DNA from: Phallusia mammillata
Taxonomy: Eukaryota
DNA: 64,000 nt
Assembly (NCBI GenBank): GCA_965637545.1
Contig: OZ281494.1
Coordinates: 15,996,001-16,060,000, forward strand
Direction: 5' to 3'
The notes under the pieces were generated by a model, which did no database searches, was not told the DNA's origin, and was given only the letters and a program-made list of their open reading frames with translations. Within the stretch, counting starts at the first letter, position 1, and each line of letters opens with the position of its first letter. The position numbers were made by a program, and so were the translations under genes. This document shows, piece by piece, positions 1 through 11,614 of the stretch.

Positions 1-3000
1 TTTTAGCACCCAGATTGTGTATTGGGTAAGTTTTGTCGCCAAGGACTTTTTTACATCTTTGTGGTTAATTTGGACCTCATGAAACCATTATCTGTTAACA
101 GAAAGTTGCCGAGTCGCATAATACTACCCACCGAGTTACTGATAATTGTGGAAATAGCACGTCATCAGCGGTTGATCACCTTGTAGCCAAAGAAGTTTCC
201 AAGTAATAAAAGCTTTTTTATATTTCAAAAACTTAAACATCGTGACATTAACTCTAGCAATCATCTTCGGTCTTCCACAGATGGACATTGAAGTTCGACA
301 TGACCATATATATTCCTGGCAGCATCGCAGGAATCATAGTGACTTCATGGGGTGACAGAGTCGGTCGAAAAAATGCCTTGACAGTACCGGTTTTGGCAAT
401 CGCTCTCAGCAACGCTTGTATGGCGGCGTCCATTTACTTTAAGTGAGTAAAATGCCTGATGCATTGACACATTTATCGCGAGGGATTGAACTTTTTTTGT
501 TTAGTTGGCCGATAAAGTCACTTTTTCTGTACAATTTTGTGGCTGGATTGGGGGGATACTACACGACTATGCTCATGCAAGGTTACGCTTATGTCAGCGA
601 CATTACACCAAGCGATTTTAGATGAATCAGGTATATAAAATCTGTAAAGATATATATAAAGAGCACACATAAACTCGATTGTTTAATCTTTTTTTAATCG
701 CGATATTGCTTATATTGCCCAATTTCAGCCACTTTTTATGTGGCCTTTGTACATTGTGACAACGTCTTACCGTTTAATAGAATGGTGATTCTGGACACAT
801 GCTTGGGTATAGGCGGTGGTGCAGCTGGGTTAAGTAGCGGTTATTGGATCGACAGTCAAGGTTTCTTTGTTCCTGTTATGGCTTGTACCTTCATGGTTGT
901 CGCATCACTTTTTCTTATCCCTCTGCTACCCGACTCCCACAAGTTGCAACGCCAACTTTCGAGCAACAAAGAAAATGAGGCAAATGTGAATGAATATCAA
1001 AATCCAACTGTTTCAACGACGTCTGATTATGGATCATGTGACCAAGTTAATAAAACAATCGACGGTGGGTAATGAATTGCAACTGAACATTTTAAAAATA
1101 TGTATTTTATTCAAAATGTTAGTTATTCGAAATTTTTTTGAATTTTCTTGAATAATAAAGTTTCCAATTACATCTTGTGCAGAAAGCCCTCCGACGAAAG
1201 GTTACAACCTTATAGATCTCCTACGCTCAGTGTGGAATGTTTACAGCAGCGAATACAGCCACTGCGACAAATGTCACGTCTCTGATAATGCTTGTAACAG
1301 TCTCACAAAAACTTTGACAGGTATGTTTTTAAAATGTAGAGAAATAAAATCCTAATATCTAATTTTCGAATTTACTAGACAAAAAGTGTCCACATGGTGG
1401 CGGCAAATATGCTGGTCGAGTTTGGAGAATGTGGTGTCAATTTCGCGCAGTTTACTGGTACAGGGTCGGTTGATTTATTGACAATTTTTCTACTTTCACA
1501 ACCGCTCTGCTTCACCCCGGTGTTAATTGGCATTGAATCGGTAAGTACATAACTGTAGCAAAGTAAATCATTTTTGAAATCTACGTTGACGTTAAAGTTT
1601 GAGTTTTGTCTATAGTTATATATTTCAAATCATTAAATCAACAACTAAATAATTCGTGTTTTTCAGAAGTCATAAAATACATAGAAACGAAATTCTTTTC
1701 CCTGAAGTTTTATATTAAAACCCTAATGCTTTTTTTCGCAGTGGAAATTCACTTTTAAAATAGGGCTCAGTACACCAGCAAGTTATAAACCAAAACGCTT
1801 TATGAATGTCTAAAAATACCTCAAAAAATCTTTGTGACATAATAATTGTATCACTTATATCGCTGAATCTGAAACCCTGTTTTGATGGGCTATTGCAGTG
1901 GTTCCCAACCTTTTTTTATCACATTCCTCCCTTTGCCCATTTTCGAACTATTTATTCCTCCCCATAAGACGAAAAACAAATATAACTTAAAAAATTATAG
2001 CAATTTTTAATTAGACCTTCCAATTAGGGTTGTCCATTTTAGAATCGTTTACAAATATTCTGTAACATTTTCAATGTATTTTTTTTACAGTTTTTATAAA
2101 TTCCTCCCCTGAAATGATAAAATTCCTCCCTCCCCGGTTGGGAACCACTGGGCTATTGCAATAGCCTGTATTTTTCATTTATCTAAATTCAAAACGCATT
2201 TTTATGCAGGGCGTGCAGTCTGCGATTGTTGCTTTTACTCCTTTACTTGTCGTGGTATATCAACGCGTCTTTTCATTTTCGAACAACTTTGTAATTATGG
2301 CAGGGTTTATGGGCTGGTTCAGTTATGCACTACTCATGTCATTTGCAAATGAACGGTATATGGTATTCATAGGTGAGTTCACCATATTAAGACCATGTAT
2401 GCTGTAGTGTATATAAGTAGTGTGAAAAACGAAAAAAAGCGACTCTCTTACTTTCAATATTTAATCAACACCAGCGAGTTGCTGATAGCGGTACGTGTGT
2501 ATATTGTGAGACGCACTTCGTTTATGTGGACTTCTATTTTGATGATTGTTGGTCTAATTGCTTTGTTTGTTATAGCAACTGCGTTATTGACATTTGGAAA
2601 CTCACACCCACCATACATCAAAGCACAAATGTCGAATCTAGTGTCAGAGTACGAACACGGTAATGAAAAGTGTTTTGTTTCGAGTGATGAACCCTTTAAA
2701 GCTTTAAATTCCGAGGAATTTATCTTTCAAACGTAAAAATGTGTGCATGTTTATTTTTCAGGAGCCACATTTGCTTTGCTGTCAAGTTCCGAAATTCTTA
2801 CTTTACTGGTTGCGACTATTACATTTCTAACTTTGTACTCGTCTACGATTTCTATATACCACGGTTTCGCATGGCTCTTTGCTGCTGTAGTGTTGATTAT
2901 TCCGATGATCTTAATGACGTAAGAAAAGTATGCATGCACAGAACTCAGCAAGTCAATAACAATCCACATTTTTGTTTGTGCAGGGTTGTGTGGATTGCGG

Positions 3001-3056
3001 ATAAACGAAGACTTAAACGGTCGCTAGATGGCGATATCCTACCTATTCTTACGTAA
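1..3056 (+). pseudogene. SLC46-family (PCFT/SLC46A1/A3-like) MFS transporter, tandem copy 1; 5' end outside the window; probable recent pseudogene
   Basis: Exons <1-25, 102-202, 291-452, 505-630, 781-1064, 1183-1320, 1379-1540, 2210-2372, 2576-2659, 2762-2918, 2984-3056, all GT-AG and matching copy 2 exon for exon. MFS motif A is present (WGDRVGRK). Lesions: in-frame TGA at 623-625 where copy 2 has GGA (8926-8928), and a 14-nt deletion after 1437 (exon of 162 nt versus 176 nt in copy 2) that shifts the frame. Confidence 0.85.
1896..2150. mobile_element. hAT (Buster/Charlie-like) MITE, 255 bp, in intron 7 of SLC46 copy 1
   Basis: Perfect 15-bp TIRs CAGTGGTTCCCAACC/GGTTGGGAACCACTG; 8-bp TSD GGCTATTG at 1888-1895 and 2151-2158. 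The matching intron of copy 2 is only 75 bp and lacks the element. Confidence 0.92.
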
Positions 3057-6000
3057 AATGATTTTCATTATAGTTACTCTTTAAAATTTGTGTGATGTTT
3101 AAATAAACAGTAATTCTCCCCAAGTAAAGGGTGAAATGATTTGTGTTTTTTACTTTGTTAATTTTGTCGATTGATTCAAAGATTTAATTTTATGCTTTCA
3201 CGATGCAATAAACCTTTGAGGCCAAGTTTATAATGTACTTGAAGCAGGTCTTTTACTTGTGTAGTTATCGTCCGCCATGCTTCCTTATTTATAGCACTTT
3301 TATGGCTCCCCTGTACTTACAATTTCTTTTTTGTTTTTTGTGCTACATTGTTAAAACCTTGCCGGGTATGTTTTCGTTTTTGGTGTTTACTATATAATTT
3401 TGCTGGGTTTGGTTTGTCACCCATCATCACAACGGAATGGGTGGTAAGGAATTTATTTCATTTTTAGGTCAAGTTTCAACGCCCAAGGGGTTTATTGTTG
3501 CTTTGGAACAAATAGTGAATCAACCGAGTTACACAAATCAAACTAAACGTTTTTGCTTTAATTTTCGGATAAGTTGGCTAAAAGCATTAAGGAAACCACT
3601 TAAACGCAAAAAGCAAGCGAATTTGTAAAAAAATAAGTATGGTCGCCACACACACAGTATTTTGACGGTTATTGCATTGCTTGAACTCGATAACCTAAGA
3701 TACTTGTCATAGTAGTATAGACAAACCGGTTAGTAACAATACGGTTAAACGAGACAAAATCTGGAAGTTGCGATAAAACAATTTTTAGGGGCTCGCTCGA
3801 TTGCATACCGTCCATGAAGACCCACTGTCATTACACAACGAATGATCATGTAACTGTAAAAAAACTCAACGGCGACGTATTATCGGCACCCTTTTAGCAC
3901 CAAGTGTAACTGTCAAGCTTTAACGCATAAATAATAATTACAACTATTAGAGTCAGCGGGTTAAGCTTTTCAGTTTAAACAAAAGGTCACCTTTTCTCTG
4001 TTAATCGGTTATGATTCGCATAAAAATGACTTTTAATTTCCACTACTTAATTCGGTTGCTACTAAAAACAGATTTACCAAATTTATGTGCGAATTTAGTG
4101 AGAACAGAGAACATACCAACCGCTGGCTTTAATCGAAACTGAAGGCCGCCCTTGGTTAGCCGTTATTCTGCAACATGGTGTTTTTAAAGACATAACATTG
4201 CTTTTCAAATTACCATTGCGATACAAACACGAAACAGGAAGAAATTAGGCACCAAATGCATTCATAGCTCCACAATACAACAAAAATGCTCATGTTTTTT
4301 TGCAATCAATTTAAAGCAATCTGATTACCCATGTTATTTTTTCCCTGCACATGTTTGTGCTAAATATAAATCAGAATTCAATACACCTAATGGCAGCCAA
4401 GTATGTGGTTCTCGAAACCTTGGATTCTGCTTTAAACGTGTGATGTTGATTTCCCGTAATGGTCACGCCACACAAACCCAACGTTAATCATTAACTACGG
4501 TCTTACTACCTTTGCTCCTATGCTACAGATACATCTGCTGCAAGTCAATCAATACTTGCAGGACAAAATCAAACTAAAATCGCCTTAAAGTGGAGTTGGC
4601 AAAATAAAATGCAAATGGGTACAAGTTTAACGAGTTTAGCTTTGATTAATTGATTTAGCTGGTGTGAATGAACTGATTCATTGAAGGTCATGTTCATCAT
4701 TAGTATATTGGTTTCATACTTATTTATAGGCCCATAAGACCGCCAATTGAGACGAAAGTGTGGGTCTGTATTCCATCGCTATTTAAAATCTATTTTCTAA
4801 TACCTTGTAGAGGTTTGTTTAAAAGGTCGAGAAAAGTCTCTTAACATAAAACAGGTTGTAATTCTCTTGACAAAACGACTTTACTAAATACGGCAGAACA
4901 GAATGAGCGGTTGTTGATTGAAAGCACGTTTTTGGGTTCGAAAAATAAATCAATTTAATTGACAGCGTTTGCCTACAAAATGTGGGAGCAATAAAAAACC
5001 GGCGGTGAAAAGAGATGTTCGGGAACTTTATAGGGCAATAAACAAGCAATGTTTTAACACAACATTTAGCAACATTTTGCGCTTATTTACCGGCTTGGGA
5101 CCAGGTAGAAGTTTGTTTATGGACAATGCTAACATAATATCATGGACACACCTATGTTCTGTACTTTTCAGCAAAACATATAGTTCAATAATATGTTCCA
5201 ACAATGTGCACCGTATGGTTACCTATTTGTACACCTTACCTGTACACTTTGTGCATTTTCAACATTTATGCTGATGCCATTAAAGACTGAATACCTTTAC
5301 AAGGTTAGTTGGAAAAGTATTCCAAGAAATTGTAGTGATAAATAATTTGACAGAAAGCTTTTTCAAATTAACTGTACACATTTGAAAACCTTTACATTTA
5401 GTAGATGGGGCGTAAAGATTGTTACCAATACATTTCATTTTGACCAAGTTGTAACGCTTCTATTTCTGCAACGATCTTATTACAATCAAAGTTTTGTTTT
5501 TAGTGCAGGCAGCTGAGCTAATTTGTCTAAAAAGTGGTCTGAGACGTTACGCATTTTCGAATATAAGTAACACTAAAATTTCAGGCAGTTATTTTCAAAC
5601 AAGTGAAGTACTACAATAAAACGAGTCAAACTTTAAAACATAATTAAATACAGCCAATGCGCTCGTATTGATGCAACCACTTTCCATTTTTTTTATAAAA
5701 CTATTTAACGAGCTCTTACATTTGTCAGATAATTAACTTCAGGACATGTGACTGATACAATAGCATAGGGAACTTTTTTCCGTAAGCACAATGGCACAAC
5801 ACTACGGGCCAAACCGTTATTTGCTCGTCCACGTGATATGTTTTATTGCTGCATTTTCTACTGTAATGTTGGTACCAGTTAAAAACGAATATATTTATGA
5901 GGTAAGTTTAAGTGTAACCAGCATGCGCGCTTGATTTGCTTGAGGAAACCTGAAACAATTGGGCAAACCTATTTTTGCGCACAGAAGAAATTAATTCTGA

Positions 6001-7724
6001 TCATCCAAAATGGTGTTTTGTCGATTGTCGAGCCAAACCTTACTTTTTGACACTGGTTTATATTTTCTGTGACCTTAAGTTAAGACTTCCTCGTAACTCT
6101 TAAATATGCAATGCAATAGGTTCATCACTACTACAAAATTTTGGTTTTGATTTTGTTGTGTGCACCTCTGGCAAAACATTGTTTGTCGAAAGTAAACAAA
6201 TCCAATGGTCCATGCACTTTAAAAAGCCCGGCAGCGAATATTAAGTATAAGCAGAACTACTTAAATCCTGAAACATACAACGGTCAGCCTGGGGGCAGAA
6301 CAACTGGGAAAATCTTCCACTTGAAAATTAAATGTTTTTTGTGGGTTTGCATTCGCAGTTTGTTGCAAAGTACAGTTTGCAATGCACGACGAATGACAAT
6401 ATAAAAGTTTGTTCAAATAGTTGGTATTGCGTTCCAGGTTTAAGTTGAGGTCAAGTGTAATTGTTTTTGCGTTTGTTCCAAGTTCAGTGCAATCGTTCAA
6501 TAATGGTAACCGCTTGTATTGAATATAACCTTGGAACTTTCACTTACAACGCATGACATATAGCGCAAAAGTTTCGAGCTCAGGTTGACATCTAAGTTAA
6601 CTAACAAGCAACAGTAGTCAAATATTGTTGAGATTAGATTTTAGTTAGTATAAACTGTTCTGCAGTGGTTAAAGTTTATTAGCAACTGTGCGTAGCTTGT
6701 TAAAGCCCTTACAAACAGCCTTTACCAGGACATGTGAATAGGTCACGTTACAGCTCGTAGAGGAAGGATGTAACGCCTGCTATCATGCTCAACAAATAAA
6801 CTCAGAATTCTAACATCAAACAGCACTGACACTAAAAAGCAAGTCAGTTTAGAACAGTTCAAATAATAAAAAAAAAACGTTTTGGTTGATTAAGATTTAA
6901 GAACGACAAACGGTGACCTTAGAGTGATTTCAAGCGAGTGAGTGTTACTTTATTGGTTTTAGATACCAAACATTTAGACAAAATTGTCGTTTGCTAGTTG
7001 TTAAACACTTCGGGCTTCAACCTTGTACTGAGTTTAACCTCGCCATTTGACAGCGGTTGAGGAAAAAAGCTGCATTTACAATTACGAAAAAATGCAGCAA
7101 AATAAAGTGGAAACAGAACAGAAGTCAGATTAGTCAAGAGAAAGCAGTTATGTTAGCTTGCCTCTCGGCAGTCGTTTGGGCCAGAACACCAACCTCTTGC
7201 AGCTTTACCTGATTTTGTTGAATAAAACTTTCTACGAAATGTTCTTGTTTATTCTGGCCTTATGTAGCGCTTGATCATGAAGTTTGTAAATGAATAACTA
7301 ACGTCTTACGACGTTTTACTGTTTACCGGAGGTTAAATTGGGAGCCACTAAAGATGTGCGTTGTTACAGTCAGCATATGTAGGGTTGTAGAAGCGAAAGA
7401 CAACGTTTTAGCTACTTGGGTTAGCTTGCCAAAACTGTTTTTGTTGGAACTGGAAAGTTCTGTAGCATTTCGTTGTGTAACTTATAGTTTTATTTGAAGA
7501 AAATCGAGCAATGGTTTAAGTCTAAAATTTTTGTAGTTTTTCCCCCACTTTTAAAAATGGTGAACACTGTTTAACAATTTTAGTAAACAACAGGCATTGT
7601 GCCCAGTTTTATCCGGTCCCTTACAAGGTACATTTCGTAATCAGCAACATTTGTTGTTTATTTGTTGGATGAGTCATCGAGCATCACGTGATTTTTGAAC
7701 GGTTCATTGCACACAGTAAAATAA

Positions 7725-7791
7725 ACATAGCTAGAACTAGGTAAGAGGTTACATTTTTTTAGTCACATAGCTAGAACTAGGTAAGAGGTTA
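7725..7791 (+). repeat. 27-bp direct repeat (period 40) carrying an AG|GTAAG splice-donor-like site upstream of SLC46 copy 2
   Basis: ACATAGCTAGAACTAGGTAAGAGGTTA at 7725-7751 and 7765-7791. Confidence 0.85.
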
Positions 7792-8223
7792 AATTCAAAT
7801 TTTGATATGGAACTGCTGGTGCGAGGCAATGTCAAATTTACGTATTGCCTCAATAGGAACATTTGCAGTATAAATATTCTACAAAAAATGTAAAAGAATT
7901 GACTATGTACTCAACATATTTCATTTATTGACCTTAACGGGTTGAACTGTTTCCATTCAACGGAGGATTTTCTATACTAATTCACTCAAACAATTAAACA
8001 TGATTTGTGTTTCATGTGCATGTAGAATGCCTTGTCACAGAATTAGGAAATAATTGGTTTGGTTTTCTGAAATGAGAAAGAAAGAAACAAATATCTAACG
8101 GTTAGAACCCAACAGGCAACAGGGCAGAAAGAAGAGACCCAATTTTTACAAAGATTTAGCGTCATTTTCACATTTTAAATTTTGGGTCAAATTTTATACT
8201 GGTTTACCGATGACTGACACGGG

Positions 8224-10890
8224 ATGAACTGTTCTAAAACAAACGTGTCGTTTTTATTGTTGTGTTTAATCACTCTTATTGTCACTTATGGCACTCTACT
8301 GACAGTTGTAGTAAAAATTCAGTTTATTTATTGGGTAAGTTTTGTTTCCAAAAGTTCACCAGGTTATTGAGGTGAAATTGGATCTAATGCAATTATTCTG
8401 TTGACAGAAAGTTGCTGAGTCTCATAACACCACTCACCGAGTTACTACCGATTGTGGGAATAGCACGTCATCAGAAATCGACCAACTTGTTGCTAAAGAA
8501 GTATCGAAGTCAGTTCATTCAAGTTTAGCTCCAAATCAAAGCAAAACGTAACATCAACTTAACCACAATACCCTTCTATCTACCACAGATGGACATTGGA
8601 GTTCGACATGACCATGTTCCTTCCTGCCAGCATCGCAGGAATCATCGTGACATCTTGGGGTGACAGAGTTGGTCGCAAGATTGCCATGACAATACCGGTG
8701 GTTGGAATGGTACTAAGCAACGCATTTTTGGCAACATCAATTTACTTGAAGTAATTAGACGCTTAGTAAAATAATGATGTCTTGGAATTGAAAGAATTTC
8801 ATTTTAGTTGGCCATTGAAGTCACTATTTCTGTACAACCTTTTGGCTGGATTGGGGGGATATTACATGACTCTTCTCATGCAAGGCTACGCGTATATCAG
8901 CGACATTACACCAAGCGTTGATCGAGGAATTAGGTACTTTAAATCTGTGTTGACAAGCCTTTAACCTCATATATGTACATTGTACTATATTTTGTTTGGC
9001 TTATTGAACTGGTTTAAATGTAATTTTTGCATCATCACTACTTGACAACTCTTTTGTACATTTAAGAATGGCAATTCTGGACACATGCTTGGGTATAGGA
9101 GGTGGTGTGGCTGGGTTAAGTAGTGGTTATTGGATCGACAGCCAAGGTTACTTTGCTCCCGTTATGACTTGTACCATTATGGTGGCCGCGTCTCTTTTTA
9201 TTATTCCCCTGCTGCCCGACTCCCACAAGTTGAGGCGCCAGCTTGCGGAGGAAAGAGAGTCAAACGTAAACGAGGATCAAAGTTCAACGAGTTCAAATCC
9301 TAGTTACGGAACGTGTGACGACGTAGATCAGAAAAACGAAAGTAAGTGATCAATCAATCGGTATACAGTAGGAATATGTTAGGAATCTTTGCCAAGCAGC
9401 GATGGCATCACGAAAAACACATTTTTATTCTAAAATTTTTAATTACTGGGAGCTTTGAAGATCCACATTCAAAACTGAAACCAAATCTTTTGTAGAGAAT
9501 CCCAAGAAGAAAGGTTACAACCTTCTAGATCTCTTTCGCTCAGTATGGAACGTTTACAGCAGCGAATTCAGTCACTGCGACAAGTGTCATGTCACTGGTG
9601 ACGATTGCAATACTCTCTCAAAAACTTCGTCAGGTATATTCTCATAATTGCATAAAAACAAAACTCCGAATTGAAACTGCAAATTTACCAGATGAAATGT
9701 GTCCGCATGGGGGCGGTAAATATCCTGGTCGAGTTTGGAGAATGTGGTGTTACTTGATTTCTTACGATTTTGCGATGTTTGTCAATGTGGGATCGAGTGT
9801 TTTTCTGACAATTTTTCTTCTTTCCCAACCTCTTTGCTTCAACCCGGTGTTGATTGGCGTTCAGTCGGTACAGATTTTATTTAGAGATCTAAATACGGAA
9901 GTTCTAAAGGACATGGATTTGACATTTTATTATTTTTTGCAGGGCATGAAGTTTGCTGTTGGCGCCTTAACTCCTTTTCTCGTCATAATTTATCAACGTG
10001 TTCTTTCATTTTCAAACAACTTTATAATTATGATAGGGTTTTTGGGTTGGTTCGGCTATGCACTACTCATGTCATTTGCGAATGAAACATTTCTGGTATT
10101 CATAGGTGAGTTCAATGATATGACCTTGTAAGTGATTGGTCATTAAAAATACCCCTGTTAATACTGTGGCGTTTTCTTACTTCCGACCTGCAAAATTATA
10201 CGATGCCAAGAAAACAAAACATCTTTAGGCTACCACTGTTAGCTTAAATTGCAACAGGGTTCGGCAATCTCTTTTTTGAAAGGTTAAAATATTTTGAAAT
10301 TGACTTCTTAGCATGGGGAATATTCCTGATTTCACAACTTATATTTTTAATTACTTTGTTTATTATAGCAACCGCGATGTTGACATTTGGGTATTCACAC
10401 ACATCATACATCAAAGCACAAATGGCTAATATGGTGTCGGAGTACGAGCATGGTAAGGATCTTCGAATCTTTCTCTTCGTTTTGTTTATAGTGATTTGTG
10501 GATTGCACTTTCGCAGTCAAAAAATTCCACAATGCCCTATAAAATTAACCTTTGAAATCAAATGTCTTACATGTGTTTTTTACAGGTGCCTCATTTGCTT
10601 TGCTGTCAAGTTCCGAAATTCTTACTTTTCTGGCCGCGACTGTAACATTTTTAACTTTGTACTCGTCTACGATTTCTATCTACCACGGTTTCGCATGGCT
10701 CTTTGCTGCCATCGTGTTGATCATTCCAATGATCCTAATGACGTAAGCAAAGCATTCCTATAAACTTTACAGAACATAAGCTAATAACATCAAACCATCA
10801 TTGCATTGTTCTTTCAGGATTGTGTGGATTGCAGATAAAAGGAGACGAAATCAGTTACTGGATAACGAGCGCAAGCCCATACTTTCGTAA
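8224..10890 (+). CDS. SLC46-family (proton-coupled folate transporter / SLC46A3-like) MFS transporter, intact copy 2, 521 aa
   Basis: 11 exons: 8224-8334, 8408-8508, 8589-8750, 8808-8933, 9067-9341, 9496-9633, 9692-9867, 9943-10105, 10369-10452, 10586-10742, 10818-10890 (1566 nt, phases consistent, no internal stop). Family hallmarks: glycosylated first loop (NTT, NST), WGDRVGRK, YAYISDIT, RMAILDTCLGIGG, LSQPLCFNPVLIG, YIKAQMANMVSEYEHGASFA. AATAAA at 10956-10961. The exact ortholog cannot be assigned without a phylogeny. Confidence 0.9.
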
Positions 10891-11614
10891 AGTTTTAATA
10901 TTTGTTTTTGTTTCATTCTATCAATGACATTTATGATTATGCTATTAATAATTTGAATAAATAGGCTTTGGATTTTTAATAATTAATTATGAGAATAATT
11001 ATTCTTCAATAATTTATTTTTCTGTCGTTTCAGTTTATTAACATAAACAGTGTTATTTCAATATTGTTGTGTTTGTGATCAGTCTCATCGCTATATGTTG
11101 CAACTTCAGTAGTACAAACTAGTTTAGTCAATAGATTACTGGGTAAACCCATACCTCGGTTTATTGCATTAAAAAGCAAATTGGTTATGCCATAAACCGG
11201 AATCGTCCGTATGCAGGAAAATGTTCAGAATTGTTTGGAAAAGATCGCCGCTATATTTAAACTTTATACAATTTATTTTATCCCTAACTTTGCTTTTCTG
11301 CAACTGCCTTGTTATTTGAATGTTTAAATAAGGCAAACAACATTAATGAAAAGATTTTGGTTTACTCGAGGCAAAAGTTAAATAACAAAATCGAAAAAAG
11401 GTCGTCATCGACGCACAGGATGAGGTGATATTATTTCTATGGTAATGACGTAATATGCTGACACAATAAAAAAGATAAAAACGACAAAAAATATGCTGAA
11501 ACAAATAACAACCAGTGGGTAGCTCCAGGAAACGTGTCCTTCACCTCATTAGACTTTGACCCTCACAGCGATCGAAGGCAAACTAGATTCCATCGTTGCC
11601 AAGCTGTGACGACA

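Noticed and set aside
623-625. TGA in SLC46 copy 1 as selenocysteine or programmed readthrough
   Set aside because: The homologous codon is Gly, not Cys; I recognised no SECIS; and a separate frameshift downstream destroys the protein anyway.
4529-4618. Open 90-nt segment with acceptor- and donor-like ends between the two SLC46 copies
   Set aside because: The translation (DTSAASQSILAGQNQTKIALKWSWQNKMQMG) resembles nothing I recognise, and I found no partner exons.
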